From the NCBI GenBank assembly GCA_037440005.1, contig JBBIUY010000009.1, positions 73,300-86,343 of the forward strand: a stretch of 13,044 bases of DNA, given 5' to 3'. Source of the stretch: Armatimonadota bacterium. GTDB taxonomy: Bacteria; Sysuimicrobiota; Sysuimicrobiia; Sysuimicrobiales; Kaftiobacteriaceae. The notes beneath the pieces are model-generated. The model did not search any database and was not told the DNA's origin. It saw only the letters and a program-made list of their open reading frames with translations. Positions 1 to 6,643 of the stretch are shown piece by piece; position 1 is the stretch's first letter, and the number at the start of each line of letters is the position of its first letter. The position numbers and the translations under genes were made by a program.

Positions 1-3
1 CAC

Positions 4-38
4 AGGGGAGAGGGAGAACGAAGGGGAGAGGGAGAACG
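4..38. repeat. Two direct copies of AGGGGAGAGGGAGAACG (17 bp, period 18), containing the purine arm of the adjacent palindrome
   Basis: Identical 17-mers at 4-20 and 22-38. Each contains GGGGAGAGGG, the same 10-mer as the arm at 69-78. The array may extend left of the window. Confidence 0.85.
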
Positions 39-41
39 GCA

Positions 42-79
42 CCCCTCACCCTGCGCCCTCTCCCCAGCGGGGAGAGGGA
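42..79. repeat. BoxC/REP-like extragenic palindrome, a possible 3' hairpin for the operon
   Basis: CCCCTCACCC-TGCG-CCCTCTCCCC(56-65)-AGC-GGGGAGAGGG(69-78): perfect 10-bp stem with a 3-nt loop and a pyrimidine-rich leader. Resembles the CCCTCACCC..CCCTCTCCC..GGGAGAGGG repeat type (E. coli BoxC-like), from recall. Lies about 65 bp past the lptB stop. Confidence 0.7.
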
Positions 80-143
80 TGGCGGCGGGAGCGGTCGCGC
101 GGGCGGGCGGTCGCGCGGTGGTGCAGGGACGCGCGTGCGCGGC

Positions 144-860
144 CTAGAGTTCAAAGCGCTCCCCCAGAAAAACCCGCCGGACCTCGGGGTCGGCCAGGAT
201 CCGGTCGGGCGGCCCCTCCAGCAGGATCCGTCCCTGGTGGATGACGGTGGCCCGGTCGGTGATGGCCAGGGTGTCCCGCACGTTGTGGTCGGTGATCACG
301 ATCCCCATCCCCCGCTGCTTCAGGTACCGCACCACGTCCTGCAGTTCGGCCACCGAGCGCGGGTCCACGCCGGTGAACGGCTCGTCCAGCAGGACGTAGG
401 CCGGATTGGCCGCCAGGACCCGGGCGATCTCCACCCGGCGGCGCTCTCCTCCGGACAGGGTGCTGCCCCGCTGCCGGCGCAGCGGAGTCAGGCCCAGTTC
501 CTCCAGCAGGGCCTCCAGGATCTGCCGACGGCGGGCGGGAGGAGTCCCGTTGGCCTCCAGGACCACCAGGATGTTCTCCTCCACCGTCAGGCCCCGGAAC
601 ACCGACGGCTCCTGGGCCAGGTAGCCGATCCCCCGCCGGGCCCGCAGGTGGACCGGCAGCGACGCGAGGGACACCCCGTCCAGCCTCACGTCGCCGCCGT
701 CGGGACGGACCAGTCCCACGATCATGTAGAAGGTCGTGGTCTTGCCCGCGCCGTTGGGGCCCAGCAGGCCCACCGTCTCGCCCCGCTCGACGCGCAGGGA
801 GACCCCGTCCACCACCGTCCGGGACCCGTACCGTTTGACCAGACCGGTCGCTTCCAGCAT
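144..860 (-). CDS. lptB: LPS export ABC transporter ATP-binding protein LptB
   Basis: 238 aa. Walker A GPNGAGKTT, Q-loop YLAQEPSVF, LptB-type signature LSGGERRRVEIAR, Walker B LLDEPF, H-loop ITDHNVRDTL, C-terminal VRRVFLGERFEL. Start overlaps the lptA stop (TGATG). Confidence 0.97.
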   Translation of the reverse strand: MLEATGLVKRYGSRTVVDGVSLRVERGETVGLLGPNGAGKTTTFYMIVGLVRPDGGDVRLDGVSLASLPVHLRARRGIGYLAQEPSVFRGLTVEENILVVLEANGTPPARRRQILEALLEELGLTPLRRQRGSTLSGGERRRVEIARVLAANPAYVLLDEPFTGVDPRSVAELQDVVRYLKQRGMGIVITDHNVRDTLAITDRATVIHQGRILLEGPPDRILADPEVRRVFLGERFEL

Positions 861-1723
861 CAGGGAGGAGCGGCGACGGTCAGGTGCGCGGCGCCGGAGG
901 CGGTGACCCGGCGGGCGGCCAGGTCCACGGTCAGGACCTCGGCGGAGATCCGGTGGGCCCCCATCTGGGCGGCGGCCCGGCCGGACAGCACGGCCACCCG
1001 ATCCCGCCGGCTCACCTGTGCCCGCTCGGCCGTGCCGGAGATGTCCTGGTAGCGGAACCGCACGCGCCCGTCGGCCACCACAACCTCCTCCGCCAGAAGA
1101 GCCTCCATCCGGTCTCCCGCCAGCATCCCGACCGCCGACTCCACCACAGGGTCGCCGGCGGCCACCACCCGCTGGTCGGCCTGCGTGTAGGTGGCTTCCG
1201 CCGCTCGCAGGACCAGGTCGCTCCGCCGCACGACGACCCCGCCCGCGGCGGACACCACGCCCCGGACGCGGTCGGCCTCCGCCCGGGCGGCCTGCAGTTC
1301 CACCGGCGGCGGCCCCACGGCCACCGCGGCCACGTCGCCTTCCGCCCGGAGTCGCTGCTCGGCCAGCCAGGCGGTGAGGGTCCGGGCCCGGATCTGGCCG
1401 GACGGGTCGCTGTAGGTGGCGCCGCCGGATGCCACCACCACCTGGGAGCGGACCTCATACCGGATGGACGGCGCCTGGACGCGCGCATCGCCCCGGCTGA
1501 CCACCACCGGGGAGCCTTCCAGCGCCCACACGCCGGCCGCCTCGTCCACCTCGACCCGGGTGGCGCCGGTGATGGCGACGGGCACCGCCCCCTCCCCCGC
1601 CAGCACAGCCGGCAGCCAGGCCGCCCCCAGCACGAGGACGGAGGGAACGACGACGAACAGGAGGCGGACGGCGCCGGGACGCCCTCGCCCCCCGTCAGCC
1701 CGTGCGCGCCGCGGACCAGTCAT
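860..1723 (-). CDS. lptA: LptA/OstA-like periplasmic beta-jellyroll LPS transport protein, elongated
   Basis: 287 aa. N-terminal basic plus hydrophobic signal/anchor segment. Repeated OstA-type units (VQAPSIRYEVRSQVVVASGG, LRAAEATYTQADQRVVAAGDP, ISAEVLTVDLAARRVTASG). Lies between lptC and lptB. Confidence 0.8.
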   Translation of the reverse strand: MTGPRRARADGGRGRPGAVRLLFVVVPSVLVLGAAWLPAVLAGEGAVPVAITGATRVEVDEAAGVWALEGSPVVVSRGDARVQAPSIRYEVRSQVVVASGGATYSDPSGQIRARTLTAWLAEQRLRAEGDVAAVAVGPPPVELQAARAEADRVRGVVSAAGGVVVRRSDLVLRAAEATYTQADQRVVAAGDPVVESAVGMLAGDRMEALLAEEVVVADGRVRFRYQDISGTAERAQVSRRDRVAVLSGRAAAQMGAHRISAEVLTVDLAARRVTASGAAHLTVAAPP

Positions 1724-1744
1724 CCCTCTTCCCTCTTCCCTCTT
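1724..1744. repeat. Perfect heptamer tandem repeat (CCCTCTT)3, read as (AAGAGGG)3 on the coding strand
   Basis: Three exact copies at 1724-1730, 1731-1737 and 1738-1744, filling 21 of the 24 bp between the lptC stop and the lptA ATG. Confidence 0.85.
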
Positions 1745-1747
1745 TTC

Positions 1748-2368
1748 TCACCGTTCCACCGTGATCGTCACGCGTCCCTGGAGGGTGACGGTGGACAGGG
1801 CCGCGTCGGCGCTGAGGCGGTCGGCGCGAATGACCGCCCCCGGCTGGCTGAGGACCACGCCGTCCCACGCCTGCACCGTGCCGCGCCGCAGGTCCCACCG
1901 GATCCGCCGAGCCCGGATCGTCCGTCCGTCGGCGGTCGTGGCGGTGACGCCTCCGTCCAGGTCAATGACGCCCGCATCGGCCAGGTAGCGGCCCCGGGGC
2001 GCCTCAAACACCGCCGCGACCTTTCCGTCCTCGTACCACCGGCCCCGGGGCCCGGTCACGTCCACGGTGCGGCGCTTCCGGTCCACCTGCACGCCCTCGG
2101 CGTCCAGGTCCCACAGCCTCCGGCCGGCTTCATCCGAGCCCACCAGGCGCGACCCCTGGACCTCCAGAAGGGGGGCGGGCGGTCCGCCCGACGGCGGCGC
2201 CGGGGCGGCGACCTCCGGAGCGGCAACCGGCGCAGACGCGGGACCGGCGGCGCGCCACCAGGCGGCCAGGGCCACCAGCGCCGCGGACGCCAGGACCGCT
2301 GCGGCGCGGCGCGCCGCCGGAGTCCCCGCAACACGGGCGAAGGGAAACCAGGTCACCGCCGCACCCAT
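1748..2368 (-). CDS. lptC: LPS export periplasmic protein LptC
   Basis: About 206 aa from ATG 2368 (GGGGG upstream). The ORF-track start at 2479 overlaps lpxB and is unlikely. Single TM helix (AAAVLASAALVALAAWW), Pro/Ala linker, then LptC-like jellyroll (GRRLWDLDAE, FEAPRGRY, IDLDGGVTAT, IRARRIRWD). Confidence 0.85.
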   Translation of the reverse strand: MGAAVTWFPFARVAGTPAARRAAAVLASAALVALAAWWRAAGPASAPVAAPEVAAPAPPSGGPPAPLLEVQGSRLVGSDEAGRRLWDLDAEGVQVDRKRRTVDVTGPRGRWYEDGKVAAVFEAPRGRYLADAGVIDLDGGVTATTADGRTIRARRIRWDLRRGTVQAWDGVVLSQPGAVIRADRLSADAALSTVTLQGRVTITVER

Positions 2369-2405
2369 CTTACGCCCCCCGACCAGGGAGGGAAAAGCGG
2401 CGCCC

Positions 2406-3563
2406 TCAGGAGCCGTCCGCCGCCAGAGGGCGCGTCGCGGCCGCCCGCCGCAGGACGGCCACCACTTCCTCGGCCGCACGCCGGGCCACCCCCGGCGGAC
2501 CCAGGCGCGCGGCCACCTCGCGCAGCTCGCGGCGCATCTCGTCTCTGCGGCCGGAGTCCAGCAGCAGCGCGACCACGGCGTCGGCCACCGCCGCGGGCGT
2601 CATGCGGTCCTGGAGCAGCTCGGGCACCACCGGCCGGCCGGCCAGGATGTTGGGGAGGGCTGCGTAGGGGGTGCGGACCAGCCGGCGCGCGATCTGCCAG
2701 CTCACCCAGGGCAGCCGGTACACGGCCACCATCGGCACGCCCAGGACCGCCGCCTCCAGGGTGGCCGTCCCCGTGGCCACCACCAGCGCGTCCGCCATGG
2801 CCATCGCCGTGGGGCCGTCCTGCGCGAGCCGGATGGGAACCGGCGCCGCCTGGACCGCCGGCAGGACCCGCGGCCGCAGCATGGGGGCGGGGACGGGCAG
2901 GACCCACCACACGTCCGCCACCACCTTCCCCACGCGCCGGGCGGCCTCCACCAGGATCGGCAGGTGCGCGCGGACTTCCTGCGGGCGGCTTCCGGGCAGC
3001 AGCCCGACCACCGGGACGTGGCCGGGGATCCCGGCCGCCCGGCGCGCCGCGTCGCGGTCCACCGGCGCCAGGTCCACCGCCGGATGGCCCACGAACGCGA
3101 CGTCGGCTCCGGCGGCCCGGTAGGCGTCGGCTTCGGGGGGCAGGGTGGCCAGAAGCCTCATGCCCAGCCGCGCCACCTTGCGGGCCCGCTCCCCCCGTCG
3201 GACGGACACCATCGGGGGCACGTAGTAGACCGTCGGGACGGTGGCGGCCAGCTTCTCCGCCAGACGCAGGTTGAACGCGGCGAAGTCCACCAGGACCAGC
3301 AGCGCGGGAGCATGCCGGCGGATCGTCCGCTCCACCCAGCCCAGCCGGCGCAGGTGCGTGGGCAGGTGCAGCAGGGGGTCCAGGTGGCCGATGGCGCTCC
3401 AGCCGGTGCTGTCCGCCAGAATCCGCACGCCCGCCTGGGCCATCCGGGACCCGCCCACACCCACCAGGTCGGCCGCAGGCTCCAGCTGTCCGACCTCGGC
3501 GGCGACGGCGGCGGCGGCGATGTCCCCGGAGACCTCGCCGGCGACAAAAAAAATCCGCGTCAC
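2406..3563 (-). CDS. lpxB: Lipid-A-disaccharide synthase LpxB
   Basis: 385 aa from GTG 3563, overlapping the lpxI stop (GTGA). Motifs IFFVAGEVSGD, VDFAAFNLRLA, FVGHP, LLPGSR..EV, TGTATLE, LPNILAG..VVPELLQ. The ORF-track extension to 4292 is out-of-frame lpxI sequence. Confidence 0.95.
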   Translation of the reverse strand: MTRIFFVAGEVSGDIAAAAVAAEVGQLEPAADLVGVGGSRMAQAGVRILADSTGWSAIGHLDPLLHLPTHLRRLGWVERTIRRHAPALLVLVDFAAFNLRLAEKLAATVPTVYYVPPMVSVRRGERARKVARLGMRLLATLPPEADAYRAAGADVAFVGHPAVDLAPVDRDAARRAAGIPGHVPVVGLLPGSRPQEVRAHLPILVEAARRVGKVVADVWWVLPVPAPMLRPRVLPAVQAAPVPIRLAQDGPTAMAMADALVVATGTATLEAAVLGVPMVAVYRLPWVSWQIARRLVRTPYAALPNILAGRPVVPELLQDRMTPAAVADAVVALLLDSGRRDEMRRELREVAARLGPPGVARRAAEEVVAVLRRAAATRPLAADGS

Positions 3564-4387
3564 CGCTCCCGCACCCCGACGTCCGCAGGGCTCACGCCCA
3601 CCACCGCGATACCGGCGGCGTCGGCGGCGCGGACCATCTCGTCCCGATCCAGCAGCAGCGTCCGGTGCGCCTCCACGGCCAGGACGGCGGCGCGCACCTG
3701 CGCCAGCAGGGCCACGGTGTCGGGCCCCACCGTGGGGAGGTCGAAGCGCGGGTCCTGGCGGGACCGGGCGGCCTTGACGACCGCGACGCCCTCCGCCAGG
3801 CCGGCACCCCGGCGGACGGCGGCGTCCGTCCCCTCGGCGGCCTCCGCCGCCAGGATCACCCCGCCCTTGAGCACCACCGTCTGCCCCACGTCCAGGTCGG
3901 CCAGGGCGCGGGCCACGGCGATCCCCACCCGGACGTCCGCCCACTCCTCCGCCGACGGCGGGCGGCGGGTCAGCACGCCCTGGGGGGCGGCCAGGTCCGG
4001 CGCAAACTCCAGCGGTCCGACCACCCGGATGCCGGCGGCCTCCAGCCGCCGCGCCACGTGGAGAAAGAGGGGCTGGTCCCGGCGGTCGGCCGCCTCCGCC
4101 ACCCACCGGGCAAACAGCCCGTCGCCTCTGCGCAGCAGGTCCGCCCGGGAGACTCCGCCGGCCATCACGAGCCGGTCGGCGCCGTAGCGGCCCAGCAGCG
4201 ACAGGACCTGTTCCACCTGCCCGAAGCCGACCGGGTGGTGGTGGTCGGCGACCGCGGCCAGCGCGGCGTCGGCGCCCTCCAGGGCGAGGCACACCAGGGG
4301 GTGGCCGCGGCGTTTGATGGCCCGGGCCAGGATCAGGGGCAGCCGCCCGGACCCGGCGAGCAGCCCGACGGCGGGCTCAGGGCTCAC
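3560..4387 (-). CDS. lpxI: UDP-2,3-diacylglucosamine diphosphatase LpxI (DUF1009 family)
   Basis: 275 aa. N-terminal GLLAGSGRLP, LDVGQTVV, EAAEGTDA, K..RSRQDPRFDLPTVGPDT. Canonical lpxA-lpxI-lpxB order. Confidence 0.95.
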   Translation of the reverse strand: MSPEPAVGLLAGSGRLPLILARAIKRRGHPLVCLALEGADAALAAVADHHHPVGFGQVEQVLSLLGRYGADRLVMAGGVSRADLLRRGDGLFARWVAEAADRRDQPLFLHVARRLEAAGIRVVGPLEFAPDLAAPQGVLTRRPPSAEEWADVRVGIAVARALADLDVGQTVVLKGGVILAAEAAEGTDAAVRRGAGLAEGVAVVKAARSRQDPRFDLPTVGPDTVALLAQVRAAVLAVEAHRTLLLDRDEMVRAADAAGIAVVGVSPADVGVRER

Positions 4388-5201
4388 CGTCGTGCGCCCC
4401 CCGGACGATCCCGCGCTCGGAGCCGGCGCGGATGAAGTCCACCATCTCCCGCACGTAGGGGTCGTCCCCCAGTTCCGCCTCCACCCGCCCCAGGGCCGTG
4501 GACAGGGCCAGCCCCGACCGGTACAGGAGCATGAAGGCCCGCTTGATCATGGTGCGGTGCACGGGAGCGACGCCGGCGCGGGTCAGTCCCACGGTGTTCA
4601 GGCCGTAGGCCCGGGCCGGCAGGCCGAAGGCCAGGACAAACGGCGGCACGTCCTGGCGGACCACGGACCCTCCCCCCACCATCACCAGCCGGCCGATGCG
4701 CACGAACTGGTGGACCCCCACGTGGCCGCCCAGGTTGGCCTGGTCGTCCACCAGGGCGTGGCCGGCCAGCTTGGTGCCGCTGGTGAGGGTGACCTGGTTG
4801 CGGATGACGCAGTTGTGGCCGATGTGGACGTACGACATCAGGTAGTTGTCGTTGCCGATCTCGGTGACCTGGCCTTCCCCGTAGGCGCGGTTGACGGTCA
4901 CGTACTCCCGGAGGATGTTGCGGTCGCCGATCCGCACGAAGCTGGCCTCGCCGGCGTAGCGGCGGTGCTGCGGGTCCTCCCCCAGGACCACCCCCACGCT
5001 GAGCCGGTTGTCCTGGCCCAGGGTCACCCCGCCGCGGATGACGCAGTGGGCGCCCACCACCGTGCCGTCTCCCACCACGGCGCCCTCCTCCACCACCGCG
5101 TAGGGGCCCACCACGACCCCGCGCCCCAGGTGGGCTTTGGGATGCACCACCGCGGTGGGATGCACGCTGGCCCTGTCCGGCCGCCCGGGGTCTTCCCTCA
5201 T
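4377..5201 (-). CDS. lpxA: Acyl-ACP--UDP-N-acetylglucosamine O-acyltransferase LpxA
   Basis: 274 aa. Hexapeptide beta-helix repeats (VHPTAVVHPKAHLG), GEDPQH, ILREYVTVNR, catalytic His region YVHIGHNC, VHQFVRIG, QDVPPF, GLNTVGL.R. ATGA overlap with the fabZ stop. Confidence 0.97.
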   Translation of the reverse strand: MREDPGRPDRASVHPTAVVHPKAHLGRGVVVGPYAVVEEGAVVGDGTVVGAHCVIRGGVTLGQDNRLSVGVVLGEDPQHRRYAGEASFVRIGDRNILREYVTVNRAYGEGQVTEIGNDNYLMSYVHIGHNCVIRNQVTLTSGTKLAGHALVDDQANLGGHVGVHQFVRIGRLVMVGGGSVVRQDVPPFVLAFGLPARAYGLNTVGLTRAGVAPVHRTMIKRAFMLLYRSGLALSTALGRVEAELGDDPYVREMVDFIRAGSERGIVRGAHDGEP

Positions 5202-5641
5202 GGGGTCTCTCCCGAGGAGTCGGCCACGGCGAAGGTGAACTCGCCTTCGGCCACCACCTCACCGTTGACCAGGGCCCGTCCGTCCACCCGGCCCACCCGG
5301 CCCCGCATCCACCGCAGGGTGCACTCCATCACCAGGCGCGACCCCGGCGTGACCGGCCGGCGGAAGCGCACCTTGTCCAGCGCGGCGAAATACGGGATGC
5401 GGCCCCGGAACTGGGGCGCCCGCAGGGCCAGGCAGGCGCCGGTCTGGGCGATGGCCTCGACGATGAGCACCCCCGGCATCACCGGCGCGCCGGGAAAGTG
5501 GCCGGCGAAGAACCACTCGTCCCCGGTCAGGTCCTTTTCCCCGACGACGCGGTCCTCGCCGATCTCGGTGATGCGGTCCACAAACAGAAACGGCGGCCGG
5601 TGGGGGATGATGGCCATGATCTGCGCCCGGTCCAGGATCAT
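5198..5641 (-). CDS. fabZ: 3-hydroxyacyl-ACP dehydratase FabZ
   Basis: 147 aa from ATG 5641 with AGGAGG Shine-Dalgarno at 5651-5656. Motifs IPHRPPFLFVDRI, GHFPGAPVMPGVLIVEAIAQ, KVRFRRPVTPG. The ORF-track extension to 5767 runs through repeats. Confidence 0.97.
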   Translation of the reverse strand: MILDRAQIMAIIPHRPPFLFVDRITEIGEDRVVGEKDLTGDEWFFAGHFPGAPVMPGVLIVEAIAQTGACLALRAPQFRGRIPYFAALDKVRFRRPVTPGSRLVMECTLRWMRGRVGRVDGRALVNGEVVAEGEFTFAVADSSGETP

Positions 5642-5649
5642 CGCGACAG

Positions 5650-5681
5650 ACCTCCTGTCACTGAAACCCCCTGTCACTGAT
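5650..5681. repeat. Imperfect 16-bp direct repeat (core CCTGTCACTGA) overlapping the fabZ ribosome-binding site
   Basis: ACCTCCTGTCACTGAA (5650-5665) and ACCCCCTGTCACTGAT (5666-5681), 14/16 identical. Exact 11-mer at 5654-5664 and 5670-5680. Confidence 0.7.
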
Positions 5682-5682
5682 A

Positions 5683-5786
5683 ACGTTGGAGCGTGGAACG
5701 TTGGAGCGTTGGAACGTTGGAAGAAAAGACGGGGCGGCGGCCGCGGTCCAACGCTCCAACGCTTCAACGCTCCAACGCTTCAACGT
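5683..5786. repeat. Inverted pair of octamer tandem arrays, (RCGTTGGA)5 ... (TYCAACGY)5, able to form a ~40-bp hairpin
   Basis: Left arm 5683-5721: ACGTTGGA GCGT-GGA ACGTTGGA GCGTTGGA ACGTTGGA. Spacer 5722-5746 (25 bp). Right arm 5747-5786: TCCAACGC TCCAACGC TTCAACGC TCCAACGC TTCAACGT. Confidence 0.92.
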
Positions 5787-6609
5787 CCCTCCACAGCCGC
5801 TTCGCCACCTCCACGTGCAGCGCGTGGCCGGCGCCGCAGGCGACGACGTGCGCGGCCACCGGACGGCCCAGCAGGGCCAGATCTCCGATCAGGTCCACGA
5901 CCTTGTGCCGGGCCGGCTCGTCCGCCCACCGGGGCGAGGTCGCGTACCCGGCCGGCCCCAGGGCCAGCACGTTGTCGGCGGCCACCCCCTGCCCCAGCCC
6001 GGCGGCGCGCAGGTCCGGCAGTTCGTCCGCATACCCCCAGGTCCGCGCCGGCGCGATCTCGGCGGCGAAGTCCGCGGCCCGGGGGTCGAAGTCCACCACC
6101 TGGGTTCCCAGGGGCTCCCGCAGGGAGACCACGTAGGTGGCCCGGAAGCCCGGCGCCGGCAGGACCAGCACCCAGGCGGCGCCCCGGCCGACCCACAGAG
6201 GATCGGTCACCGCCAGCGGATCCCACGCGACGCCCTGGTCCACCACCCCGGCGTCGCGGAGCGCCCGGACGAAGGGGGCCGCGCTGCCGTCCAGGATCGG
6301 CACCTCGGGACCGTCCACCTCCACCGTCAGGTTGGCCACCCCCACCCCGGCGGCGGCCGCCAGCAGGTGCTCCACGGTGCGCACCACCACGGCCTGGCCC
6401 AGGGTCACTCCCCGCCGGGCGTCGCTGACCTCCGGGGGGCGGGCCGGGATGGGGTCAGCGGAGAGGTCCACCCGCCGGAACACCACCCCCGTCCCGACCG
6501 GCGCCGGCAGCAGCCGCACGCGGACGGCCCGCCCGGTGTGGATGCCGACGCCGGACACCTCCGCCGGGTGTGCGATGGTGCGCTGGGTGGAAGCCCACAT
6601 AGACGGCAC
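5764..6609 (-). CDS. lpxC: UDP-3-O-acyl-N-acetylglucosamine deacetylase LpxC
   Basis: 281 aa from GTG 6609 (alternative ATG at 6600). QRTI..SGVGIHTG, zinc motifs TVEHLLAA and HKVVDLIGDL, PEVPILDGSA, EIAPART, catalytic GHALH. Confidence 0.96.
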   Translation of the reverse strand: MPSMWASTQRTIAHPAEVSGVGIHTGRAVRVRLLPAPVGTGVVFRRVDLSADPIPARPPEVSDARRGVTLGQAVVVRTVEHLLAAAAGVGVANLTVEVDGPEVPILDGSAAPFVRALRDAGVVDQGVAWDPLAVTDPLWVGRGAAWVLVLPAPGFRATYVVSLREPLGTQVVDFDPRAADFAAEIAPARTWGYADELPDLRAAGLGQGVAADNVLALGPAGYATSPRWADEPARHKVVDLIGDLALLGRPVAAHVVACGAGHALHVEVAKRLWRDVEALER

Positions 6610-6643
6610 CGCGTCGCGCCGCCGGCCGCGGCCCGACGGCGGG

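Noticed and set aside
91..118. 12-bp direct repeat GCGGTCGCGCGG at 91-102 and 107-118
   Set aside because: Real but almost pure G/C with only two copies, so weak evidence of function in this background.
3564..4292. Apparent 243-aa N-terminal extension of LpxB (628-aa ORF), suggesting a fusion
   Set aside because: It is an alternative frame of lpxI with low-complexity G/R/P sequence. LpxB homology begins at GTG 3563, which overlaps the lpxI stop.
4377..5201. LpxA HIGHNC instead of the E. coli-type H..HDC
   Set aside because: The catalytic His is retained, and Asn at this position is a common variant among LpxA homologues.
5642..5767. N-terminal extension of FabZ or an LpxC-FabZ fusion/frameshift as in Bacteroidota
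   Set aside because: lpxC has its own TGA, and fabZ has a strong SD and ATG at 5641. The extension merely translates the repeat region.
5683..5786. Possible CRISPR or mini-CRISPR array
   Set aside because: Units are 8 bp and contiguous with no unique spacers, and there are no cas genes in the window.
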